From: Batkoa obscura
Taxonomy: Eukaryota
DNA length: 64,000 nucleotides
Direction of reading: 5' to 3'
NCBI GenBank assembly: GCA_030770535.1
Contig: JASVEC010000002.1
Coordinates: 992,001-1,056,000, forward strand
The notes below the pieces were generated by a model, which was given only the letters and a program-made list of their open reading frames with translations, did no database searches and was not told the DNA's origin. Position numbers and translations under genes: made by a program. How positions within the stretch are numbered: the first letter of the stretch is position 1; each line of letters starts with the position of its first letter. Shown one piece after another: positions 53,754-64,000 of the stretch.

Positions 53754-54216
53754 TGTGAAATCTGGTACTCAGTGTTTGGAGTCAAGAACAGCTATTGCTG
53801 GGTTGACTACACTATAAGTCGGAAGGTCTTAGTTTATATGACTAAGATAGACTTGGATTATGAAGAATAGCACGTAGTAAGTTACAAGCTATACAAGACA
53901 GATATAATAGACAATACTAATGTAAATCTACGTAAAATACTATTAAGAAAACTTAGTGGCTTTATTAAATGTTCGAGATATCAGGGAATAATTCAGTTAA
54001 AAAGCCTCGAACTACTATACTCTGTAAACTCTTTTATACTCTGAAAAGTATAAATATCAAAATGAGAAGACGGTACTCTTTGGGATGGAGCTAGAAACCC
54101 TCATGGCAAATCAAACTAAGAACGTGGGATTGGTTTTCTCTGAACTCGAGAACACAACAGCTTGGGCGATTGTTAGGCTATAATTAACCATGAGACTGAC
54201 AAAGCGATATTTCACA
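53754..54216 (-). mobile_element. Solo LTR (463 bp), inverted copy
   Basis: TGTGAAAT...ATTTCACA termini, TSD AACA/AACA; reverse complement of 7333-7796. Confidence 0.87.
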
Positions 54217-57210
54217 AACAGAAAAATATTTTTAAAATATTAGGTAAAATAAAAAATATTAATTAGTTGATTTAGAAATTTGAGATTTTTATTTATAAAC
54301 ATAATAAAATTAATAATTTAATTATTATTAATAATAGAATAGATATGGGAATTTGTTTTTTTAAGAACTTTACTAACAATCTTTCCACTCAAATAGCATT
54401 TAAAAAATGAAAAAAAGCAATCAAACCAAAAAAACATACCTAATATTGCCTATAAAGCAGCCAATAATAAATACTTTTGATGAATCTTTATAGGAGTATG
54501 TATTTATCTGTATACTATAGATTTGATTAGTATCAAGACATAAGCAGTATTAGCAAGGGTTTTGCTAATCCGAGAATTCTTATTAAATTTAATAGAAACT
54601 CTTCCAACTTAAAATATAAAGTATAATGAAATAATTTAAAATTGTAATGGATACTTTTGCTTTTTTGATTTCACTACTTTTTCCATTTCTTGAGCGCTAT
54701 TTGAGTGGAAAGATCGTTAGTAAGATTCTTAAACACAAAAATACATTCCCATTAGTTTTGAAGTAAACAAAGTATAAAATTCCATAGCTGGGATTTCAAA
54801 CTTTTTTAATTTTAAAACTATTGTCAAAATCTTTAGCAGTTTGTCTAAATTTTTCTTGAGACAGCCATGATGGGTTGAGAATATTGCAATATTTAAACTA
54901 AAGAATTACCAAAACACCTTCCAAAGATATCATTTTCCGCTAAAAAACCATTTGAGTTATAAAATTACGGTGTTTTATGCTAGTTTTTACTAAATTTCTA
55001 TTATAATTAAAGTCGATTTGTTTTATATTTATTCATTATAAATTGAGAATATTTATATAAATGTGAACTTTTTTACTAATATTTGTATTAGTAATATATG
55101 CATTAACTTAAATAATAGCATTAAGGGTCCTTTCTATAATTTGTATTATCTTATCAGATTGATCTCCTTTCTTTAAAGTATTTTGTTAATAGGTTCAAAT
55201 TTGAATAACAATATCTTTGATCTTTAGACGTAGATTTAGTTATCTTATTTTATCAACTTATTTTATAACCCAAATAGATTATTTCTTTCAATTCTTAAGT
55301 CCATTAGACCTTTGATATAGTAAATAAAATCACTTTCCAAAGTTTTAAGTAAAATGTAAACTGCATGTAGTTCTATCCTTACTTCCGGGTTTAACCACCA
55401 AATCACCCTCTTCATTTTCATGTATATACTTTTTTGAAATAAAGCCACTGTTTTTACCTTTACCATAAGTGTGCTTAAAAAATCAAAGTGGGTTTTTATT
55501 ACAGATAAAAATAACTATAATATGTCATTCCTTAGTTTTTATTGATTTTCAATAAGCTACAGCCTTTTTTTTAAAATTACATTCAATAGATTAAAACTAT
55601 AACTAGTATTAATAAATATAGTTACTAATATTTTATTAATTTAGTTAAAACATTATGCTTTAAAATTGAGCCTTTTAGTTAAATTTATTTTTATATTAAA
55701 TAATGTAAAACAATAACATTTAATATATCTAATACATCTTATCCTATTTCATTTGATATATTTTTCTTGAGCTACATTAAATTAGAAATTTTATTACAAA
55801 GATTAGTTATTTTCCAAACTATCGTATATTTAATTTAAACTTTCCTTTAAATCTTGAAGGACCATAAGGTTATAAGTATGTTTATTTATGAGAGAAAAGT
55901 AGGTAAAATGAAAACGAAAGAAAGAGAGTTAGAAGTACATTAATGTAATTTACTCATTTTAATAATAAAAAACAGACATTTCTTATTAAAATAATCTTAC
56001 TTTCATTTTGGTCAAACGAGCCTTTTGGTGTTAGAAAATCGCTTTATTTAATTTTGTCTGACCTTGAGATTTAATAAACTATCATTTGATTCTCTCTCTT
56101 TGAACAGTTACTATCAGTTAAAGTTAATGTAACCCATACCCTGGTTATTGCCTCATCACATTGCTTTATTCTACCACGCTCTGACTATCTATTGTTTCTG
56201 AATTTTTTGACTTCTCTTTAATAAAACGTTACTCCCTTCTTGCAAGGACTAAGAAATAGACATTTATAACAACATATTTGATAAATTATTTTTGAGTAAA
56301 GGATAATTAACAAATGTATAAAAAACCTAATAAAGAATAGAGTATTATTCTGTTGCTTTGTTTAAGATTCTAGAGTAAAAATGATTAATTGAGTGATACC
56401 ACTGAAAGCTTAATAAAATTAGCGAAAATTCACTGCAGCAATGTTTTCTGCTTTCCTAAAAAAACCTTAAAGGAGCAGAACTGCCAAGCGTTTTATTCTT
56501 GGAGGTAAGGAGATTCAAATGAGAAACTAATTGATAAAAGTTGAGCGGGTGAAGGGAGTGTGATAGGGTAAATGGGAAAACTAAGCTATGGTCAAACTTT
56601 TTTACAATAAAAAATGAATCGATATTTAAGATATCACAAGAATAAAGTTTACAGAAATATAAGTTTTATATTATGCTCTTTAAGCTGTATTTTAATATAA
56701 CTTTTATTTAAAATATGTGAAACATACTTATGCATTAAAGTATTTACCTTATTTTTTATTTTTAAAGTAAAGTAAAGTAAAGTAAGCCTATTCGTTATTT
56801 TCTCTATCATTTACTATCAATTATATAACATAGTTAGGTTCCCAAGCATTTAAGTGTTTTAAAATAATTCATAAAGTGAGAATAAAAGATAAAATTGTAT
56901 TAAAATCTAAAACCATTAAAGAAAGGGTTCAAGTAGTCTTTTTTGCTAAAAAGTATACAAGACCTATTTGTTAATTTTATTTAAAAAGGCGATGGCTATT
57001 TTGGGTTAAACAAATAATATTTTTTGTATATTTAAGAATAATAAAGTAAACTTTAACCTGTAAATCATTTGAAAATAGAATTCATTGATAATAAAAGTAA
57101 TCGCTGATTAATATATATTTAATCTGAAGTGGTTAAAAAATCGGGTGTAAAATTAGAATTGAGGAATCAAGTATAAAAGAAAAAATAAAGCACTATTAAT
57201 AATTAAAAAG

Positions 57211-59153
57211 ATGTTTAGCTTAATTTTAATATTGAATTATATATTTGTCATACTTTTGACTTATTATATTTATAATGTAATTTACTAATTATGTTTACTT
57301 ATTTAATTCTAATTTATATCTTTGAAGATCATATATAACATATGTTTTAGTCCATTGAAAAATGTACCTGGTCCATTAATCAATCTAATTTTTCCATTTA
57401 TACATAACCTTTATCTAATAAATGGTACCTTCCCAGAGTATGCTCTAAATATGCATAGTAAGTACGGAAGTGCAGTGAGAATAAGTAGGTATTTGTAACC
57501 CATCTGACTATTTTGATAATTAATAAATAAAACTAGGCTGGAGTGAAGTATCCTTTTCTTCAGATTCAGCACTAAAGGAGATTTATTCAACCTATGCTTA
57601 CAAAAAAGATCAAGTCTATGATATGTATAAAATAACAGGAGAAAGCACTTTTAGCACAAGGTAATAAATATAAAATATCAACTAACTGTTATTAACATTT
57701 GTTAGGAATAAGGATTTACATCGTCAAAGAGTAATATTATACATGATCTTCAAGATAATGACTAACAGTTAGAAAAAAATCATTGCTCCATCTTTCTCCT
57801 GTAAAGTAATGCAAAGTGCCGAGTATCTAGTTAAAAAGAATGTAGATACTTTTGTAAATAAATTGGATATTTTTGCAACCAAAGAACAAACATTCGATCT
57901 TGGTCTCTACTTTCATTATTTCGCCTTTGTAAGCTATTCTATAAAATGGTCATATTTGTATTAATACAATTATCAGGATGTAATTGGAGACTTGGTATTT
58001 GGGAAATCATTTAATATGTTGAGGGACGGCTATCATCCAATAGTAAAATGGATACATGATATTTCAAGTTACAATCTTGTGGTATGATCTACTTTTCTTT
58101 TTTTAGCTATAATATTTAGACGATACTAGGTATTCATGTTTCCATTTATGAAATATTATCAATTTGATGGCATTAAAAAACTATATGAGGTATTGATTAT
58201 TAAAAGTTTAAATTGAACTCATCTAATTAAGCTTAGTTTTCATATGAGGCAATAAAAGATGCTAGAAATAATCCAGAAAGAACTAGTACCTTGAGTACTT
58301 TAATTAAAGCAATGGACTCAGTTACTGGAAAACACTTAACTGATAAAGAAATAGCTGAAGAATCGATTTTACAAATGTAATTTTAATCATGATTTATTTA
58401 AAAAAAAATTGAAATAAGTATTTTAAAGTGATGCTGGAACCGACACTACCTCGAACTCGCTTTCATGGTAATTCAACATAGTTAACATCCTTAATGTGCT
58501 AATTAATATACCTAGGATATTCTATTTATTAGCTAATAATCCAGAAGTATATGAAAAAGCTAAAGAAGAAATATATACAATATTCCCAGATAAGGATTCA
58601 ATTACTTATATTAAATGTAAATCAGAATGTCATTATCTCAATGCCATAATTCATGAAGGTCTAAGAATCCTACCAGTAGCTGGTGGTACAGCAACAAGAA
58701 TTGTCCCTAAAGGAGGGAGAGTAATTGATGGATATTATATACCAGAAGAGGTAAAGTCAATTACAAAAATAGTCAAACTTAATAATATCTCTTAGGTTAT
58801 TGTTGGAGTGAATATTAACTCTTTACACAATTTACCCTCACTATGGAAAAACCCAGACGCTTTTGATCCTCAAAGATGGTTACAAGATGGGAAATTCAAA
58901 ACTAACCCCAATTTTTCACCCTTTTTAATAGGACCTAGAGCTTGTGTTGGTAGAACGTAAGCTATTGTTAAGAAAGTAACAATAATTATTTATTTTATTT
59001 TTTAGCCTGGCTTGGATGGAACTATACTTAGTTAGTGCGAATTTAATAAGAAACTTCACTTTTAAAAGAAATATTCAAAAAAAAATCAAATCTAGGCATT
59101 TTGATACCACTCAACCCATTGAAGCTATTGAAGTTTCTATAACTAAAAACTGA
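57211..59153 (+). CDS. Cytochrome P450, paralogue 3 (multi-exon)
   Basis: Same exon structure; I-helix DAGTDTTS, HEGLR, FLIGPRACVG; stop TGA 59151-59153. Confidence 0.9.
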
Positions 59154-59921
59154 CATGAGTTTTAATAAAAATAATTAATTTAAATTTATTTTATACTAAA
59201 AGTTGTTTAAATTTACACTTTTTCTTTCTTTTCTCACATTGTGAAATAAAGCACTAATTTTAAATTTTTAAATTTTTGAAATGAGAGTTAAAATAAAGCG
59301 TTTATTATGAGTAAATAGCGAAAAGATGAAACTGAAAACAAAACTTTATATATTAATATGAAATTATTGATGTCTATTGTTTTTGTTTGTATCAAACGCG
59401 TTAAAAAATAGTAAAGTATGATTGTTGAAACGAAGGCATTGGAAAATCTTTAATTTGAAGATTTGTAAATCCTATAATCATACTTAAAAGCTTTTGAATG
59501 TTTTAAAACATAGAAAAGTCTGTACTTCATGATATTGCTTTAAGATAATAATACTAAATGTTCTATAAAAAATATGTTATTGTTGATATTTATTTGTTCA
59601 TTTTAATAGCTATAACCGTATAAGAAACTCTGCATAGAAACGATAACCTTTAGTGCTTTTAGAAAAATTATTGTTTTCTACTAGCAATAGGAGTACAAAA
59701 TATAAATATCACCAATCAAACAAGGTAAATGTCATAAAAAGACAAGGATATAAAACTTAATAGCTGATCATATCATGATCAAAGTTTATTCAAGTATACA
59801 AATGTTAAAAAGCATGAAACATGGATTTAATTCTTTTTTAATTTAAGTTTTTGAGTTTTTAAACCTAGTATACATTAGTCAATTATTTATCTATTGTTGT
59901 AAATTTCAATTCCAATGCAAA

Positions 59922-60515
59922 ATGAATAATTATAGGATTGAAGACTTTTATTCTCAATCAGACTATTGCGACGACGATGATGTTTATGATGATGATATCT
60001 ATAATGATGATGTCAATAATGATTATAATGAAAATGCCCACAACGAAGATCCTTACAATGGGGATGCTTACAATGAAGATTATCACGATGATGGCAACTC
60101 CAGCGATGATGATTATAATGAGAATTCCCACAGCGATAATGACTATAATGAAAGCATTCACAATAATTACAATGAAGATTCTCAAGGTGAAAATTCTCAA
60201 AATGAAGGTGACTACGATGATGATGACTATAATGATAATGGTCATAACGAAGATTCTCAAGATAAATATAAGTATAACAATGAGGGTTATAACAACGAAG
60301 ATTACAGCAGTTATAGGAATAGTGAAGGCATTATAACCAATATTCCAGATAAATATGATCGGGATACTAACCATTATTCTGCACTCCATTGTGAGATTAT
60401 TGATGAATTTAATGAGGATGACTCATATGAAGAGATAGATGGTGTGGCGCAAAAGTGGATGGAAAAAAGGGCTAGAACAAGTGATGAAATCAAGGATAAA
60501 TATAGAATACTATAA
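59922..60515 (+). CDS. Asp/Asn/Tyr/His-rich low-complexity protein (197 aa), no signal peptide
   Basis: Intact ORF with ~5-residue (15-nt) repeats such as DYNEN/AYNED; N- and C-terminal parts conserved in the copies at 41910 and 48684. Confidence 0.7.
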   Translation: MNNYRIEDFYSQSDYCDDDDVYDDDIYNDDVNNDYNENAHNEDPYNGDAYNEDYHDDGNSSDDDYNENSHSDNDYNESIHNNYNEDSQGENSQNEGDYDDDDYNDNGHNEDSQDKYKYNNEGYNNEDYSSYRNSEGIITNIPDKYDRDTNHYSALHCEIIDEFNEDDSYEEIDGVAQKWMEKRARTSDEIKDKYRIL

Positions 60516-61303
60516 GCTAAGAGGAAATACTATTAACCTACCATGTTTTTAAATAAAGGCAAATTGGGTCCAATTGTTAATTTTATAGCACGTCAACTCA
60601 TTGTTTTGTATCGTTTTTCTTAATTATAAATTCTATTTTCAATAAATCATACTGTTATTCAACTAATGTTTAACAAAATAAAGTAATATCATATGTTCGC
60701 TTTTTATATTGAGATTTTCAAATTTTGTTTAATATTTACAAACTAGTTCATATTTAGACAAAGTATCCACCTTTTATAAATAATATTAACTTTTAAAAAA
60801 TTACTTTATTTTACTTAAAAATAGTAAATATGAAAGAAAAATAGATTGAAAAAAGCACAAAAAAGTTATATGGAAGTTTTTATAGTTAAAGACAACATGA
60901 TTAGGTGAAGCTGCAATTGTATAAATAGCTTAAAACTTCTTAATATTAAATGAATTCAACACTAAGCGTATTGATAATTAAAACAGCAACTCAATAAATT
61001 TTAATGTCCTTAAAACTGGTTATTTAAAATATCAGTGCTACAACAATTTGTTGGTAAAACAAAACTCAAATTAAAAATCATTAGAAAAAGGAATAGTAAA
61101 ATATCCATTAGAATGTTTATTTTGGCATTATTGTTGATTTCTAAATTTTACTTTTCGTAACAAACCAACAAAACAATGAAGTAAGATACCCTCTGGTATT
61201 TCTACTATTATAGCTATCATAGCTATAAATGGATAAGTTTGAAAACTCAGTTAAAATCAAGTATAAAGTTTTTCATTACACTTTTTTTGTCTATTTGCTA
61301 TAT

Positions 61304-61665
61304 GGTGATTTTTTTTGGCTTCATCACTTTCTCTATCTTTTAAGCACTATTTAAGTGAAAAAGTTACTAGTAAAATTCTTACACAAAAATACATCCACAT
61401 ATAATGCAAATAAATACTAGATAAAAAAACACTCTAACATGGAGTTACCAGAATTAAGCAAAAGAGCAAATTTTTTTTGCAACGCTTAGCACTTAATCTG
61501 CAATTTTTACTGGAAATCTAAATTGGACAAAAATTAAAATAAGCTTTTAGACCAATCTAAATACATTGGGAGTGTTTTTTTTGACTTCATTATTTTTTCC
61601 ATTTTTAAGCGCCATTTAAGCGGGAAAATTGTTAGTAGGATTCTTAAACACAAAAATACATCTCC
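61304..61665 (-). mobile_element. Two MITE copies (~61304-61398 and ~61568-61665)
   Basis: Both match the reverse-complement MITE consensus ending AAAAATACATC. Confidence 0.78.
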
Positions 61666-63861
61666 ATTATTTTCATTTATGATTTTACTCACTTTCATAA
61701 AAACAATATTTAAATTCTGTCATTTGCTTAAAATAAATTTACGCATTTTTATATATAAATGCAAAAGTTCGGCTTTGAATTTACTTTGAAATGTATGAAT
61801 CTTCAAGTAAATAACAAATTTTTACTTAAAAATGGTCACTTCTTTTTAAAGTGCGTAAACTATAACAAAAATAGTGTACTTACTATTATTATTAAAGTAT
61901 CGATTTGTGATGTTTCTCTTTCTTTTTAGCTATTTTTACATTTTTTAAACCTATATGTTGAATAAATACTAGTTAAGTCAATAGTATAAAAAAACATATC
62001 AATATGCTTTAACCGTATTAACTTATACTATTCATAAAATCTTGCTTATTTTTTAATCATAATAGAATCAAAAAAGATAAGCTATTGTATCAGAGAAGAT
62101 AGAGAAAAGAAAAAGACTAGTTAAAAGTGATAAAATTAATCACATTATAGTCAGAAGCAAAATTGAATCCACAAATCATATAAAATGAAATAACTCTTTT
62201 AACTCTCTTTTAGCTTTATTAACTTTATTAAATCTAGTATATGGACAACCATTATCGTATTCCTGCTGTTTGTTTGAACTTCAGGTACAATATGGGTCGC
62301 TATATTTAATAGTAGATCCTTGATTTATTCTTCAAGCAATCGGAACTCTTATTATAACCAACCAGAGTACAATTATAATGACCTTCATAACCAGGTACAG
62401 TATATAAATACTTCTACCTCTAGTCGAATGCAGTACAGGAGTTCTACCATTGACATCTAATTCCAAGAAAGAAGTGCAGTTATTCAGAATCGATCATACC
62501 ATAATGGTAGGATTGTCGATACTCGAGTAGAGCATAAAGAGCTTGACTACAATTGTATTTTGATAAACTGTATTGAATCTATCGCTTGTCATCAAAGCAA
62601 AAATATAAATAGAGAAGCTGAACTTGAAGTAATTGATATAGGCTTTATATACTGTACTCTTTTAACTCAAACTACTTCACGCGAAAAGATGAATGACTCA
62701 GAATTAACTAAGTTTAAAAAGAAAAGGTCAAATAGTTGAACGTAATACGTGGAATAAGTATAGTGTATTATAGAATAGGAGTGAAATTTGTTGAATTAGC
62801 AAGTTCTGCTTCGCAAAATAAAATGTGTTATCTAAATTTACTAATTTCATGATATATTCATTCATTGATTTATGCCCTCCACTACTAAACTAGAAGTTTC
62901 ATTGCTTTTTAAATAAACTATAATGCTATTTAGTTCGCATATTAAGAAAACCGATGCTTTAGTCTCATCTTTTACACTAGTAATGTAATAAAATGAACAC
63001 ATTATCTTGCCTTCTATTCAAGTTCCCCAACCCTCTCTCATTACTATAGCTAGCTTAAACTTCTTTCTATAACTATTGGCAATTATCAAAAGGGCTTTCT
63101 GCCTGTCTTATACAATCCCTTTTCCCTTTTACTAGTGTGTAATTAAATAATTTACAATAAACTCTCCTTCTTTACTTATCAAAATGAAACTGAAACTCGT
63201 GATCCTTATGTCCAGTTCCTTACGAAACCAATCCTCCCCTCCCTCTTATTATCTTGGAATATGACCTTTCTTGCCTCAGTGACCCCTTTAGCTTATCCTT
63301 TACCCCACTTTAATCATCTGTTTAACTCAAATTTAAAATAAATATCAAAAGGTATAGCTTTGTGCTCTCTAAAAAATAAAATTATTACCATTTATTTATT
63401 AATATCAGCTATTACTAGTTTACAAATTTTCTTTAATTTTATAAAAAATACAGGACTTTCAGTTATGTAGCATTTTTAATTTTATTAACCGTTTATTATT
63501 TTATAATTAATGTAGCTGATATACTATAAAATTTTAGTTTACAATATAATAGTCATAGTAAAATTATAATTTAGTTTAATAAGTTTATTTCAAACCCAAT
63601 TTATGAGCTAAAAGCTATTCTTATACTTCTTTATGATGCTTAAGATAAGCCAGCTGTTAAAAAAATTCCTGTTAAATTTGAATAAAATAATAAAATATAT
63701 TTAAATAAAAGAATAAAAAAGATTTATTAAAGTAATATGAATTCAACAAACCACACAATAATATAGATATAATTAAAACTAAGCCCATTATTATGTATAT
63801 TTTCAATTCTCTGTTCTGGTTACATCAATTGAAATTCACTTTAATTCTGTTCATTGTCGTC

Positions 63862-64000
63862 TTATTGTATTGAATGACTTTCATTTTCTGCATTACTATT
63901 GGTTTCCATCGTAGCATTCATGTTGGCTTGATCTAATAAAATATTTTCTTCAACACCGTTATTCACTTCATTAGCCTTATTGACTTCATTACCGCTTTCA
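63862..64000 (-). CDS. Possible 3' end of a gene entering from the right edge
   Basis: Open frame ESGNEVNKANEVNNGVEENILLDQANMNATMETNSNAENESHSIQ* with coding-like composition; no family recognised. Confidence 0.4.
   Translation of the reverse strand, partial: ESGNEVNKANEVNNGVEENILLDQANMNATMETNSNAENESHSIQ

Noticed and set aside
55080..56600. ORF 55263-55466 and GC-richer patches between P450 paralogues 2 and 3
   Set aside because: No recognisable motifs, splice pattern or termini; probably decayed repeats
59938..60389. Met/Ile-rich alternative ORFs (59938+, 59958-) and the similar 48583+/48615-
   Set aside because: Frame-shifted and antisense readings of GAT/AAT repeats of the acidic ORF
61049..61170. 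TGTTGGT...ACCAACA inverted ends
   Set aside because: Only 7 bp, no TSD and no second full copy in the window
2380..61665. Dispersed ~98-bp repeat as CRISPR, tRNA-derived SINE or ncRNA
   Set aside because: Not arrayed with spacers; no A/B boxes, cloverleaf or poly(A) tail; has TIRs and 4-bp TSDs
62200..63330. GC-richer, LTR-looking stretches
   Set aside because: Could not define TG...CA boundaries, TSDs or a homologous copy

Overview
Very AT-rich eukaryotic DNA with many short (~40-60 nt) GT-AG introns. This is consistent with an early-diverging fungus, possibly Zoopagomycota/Entomophthorales such as Conidiobolus (inference from gene content and style, not a database match). The left part (1-24.5 kb) is mostly housekeeping: RRP5 3' end, prenylcysteine oxidase, UPF0658-type membrane protein, EFG1, an orphan secreted protein, a tandem-PH protein, SEC3 that appears to lack its N-terminal PH domain, GWT1 and a Myb/SANT-like gene. 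The right part (27.8-60.5 kb) is an accessory, duplicated region, interrupted by PSF2, a Rieske ferredoxin and a Pho80/PCL cyclin. It holds seven paralogues of a small secreted protein (signal peptide, Kex2 site, Gly/Tyr/Phe-rich segment, conserved Asn-ladder C-terminal domain); one copy has a premature stop. It also holds three multi-exon cytochrome P450 paralogues and three copies (one intact) of an Asp/Asn/Tyr-rich ORF. These form a repeated [peptide <-][acidic ORF ->][P450 ->] cassette with patches of near-identity suggesting gene conversion. Four of the peptide genes share a positioned TATC-N6-GATA + TATA promoter module. Intergenic DNA carries ~28 copies of a ~98-bp GGG...CCC MITE with 4-bp TSDs (Sola-like), three ~460-bp solo LTRs with 4-bp TSDs and a probable decayed LINE RT fragment. 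No rRNA, tRNA or CRISPR was seen.
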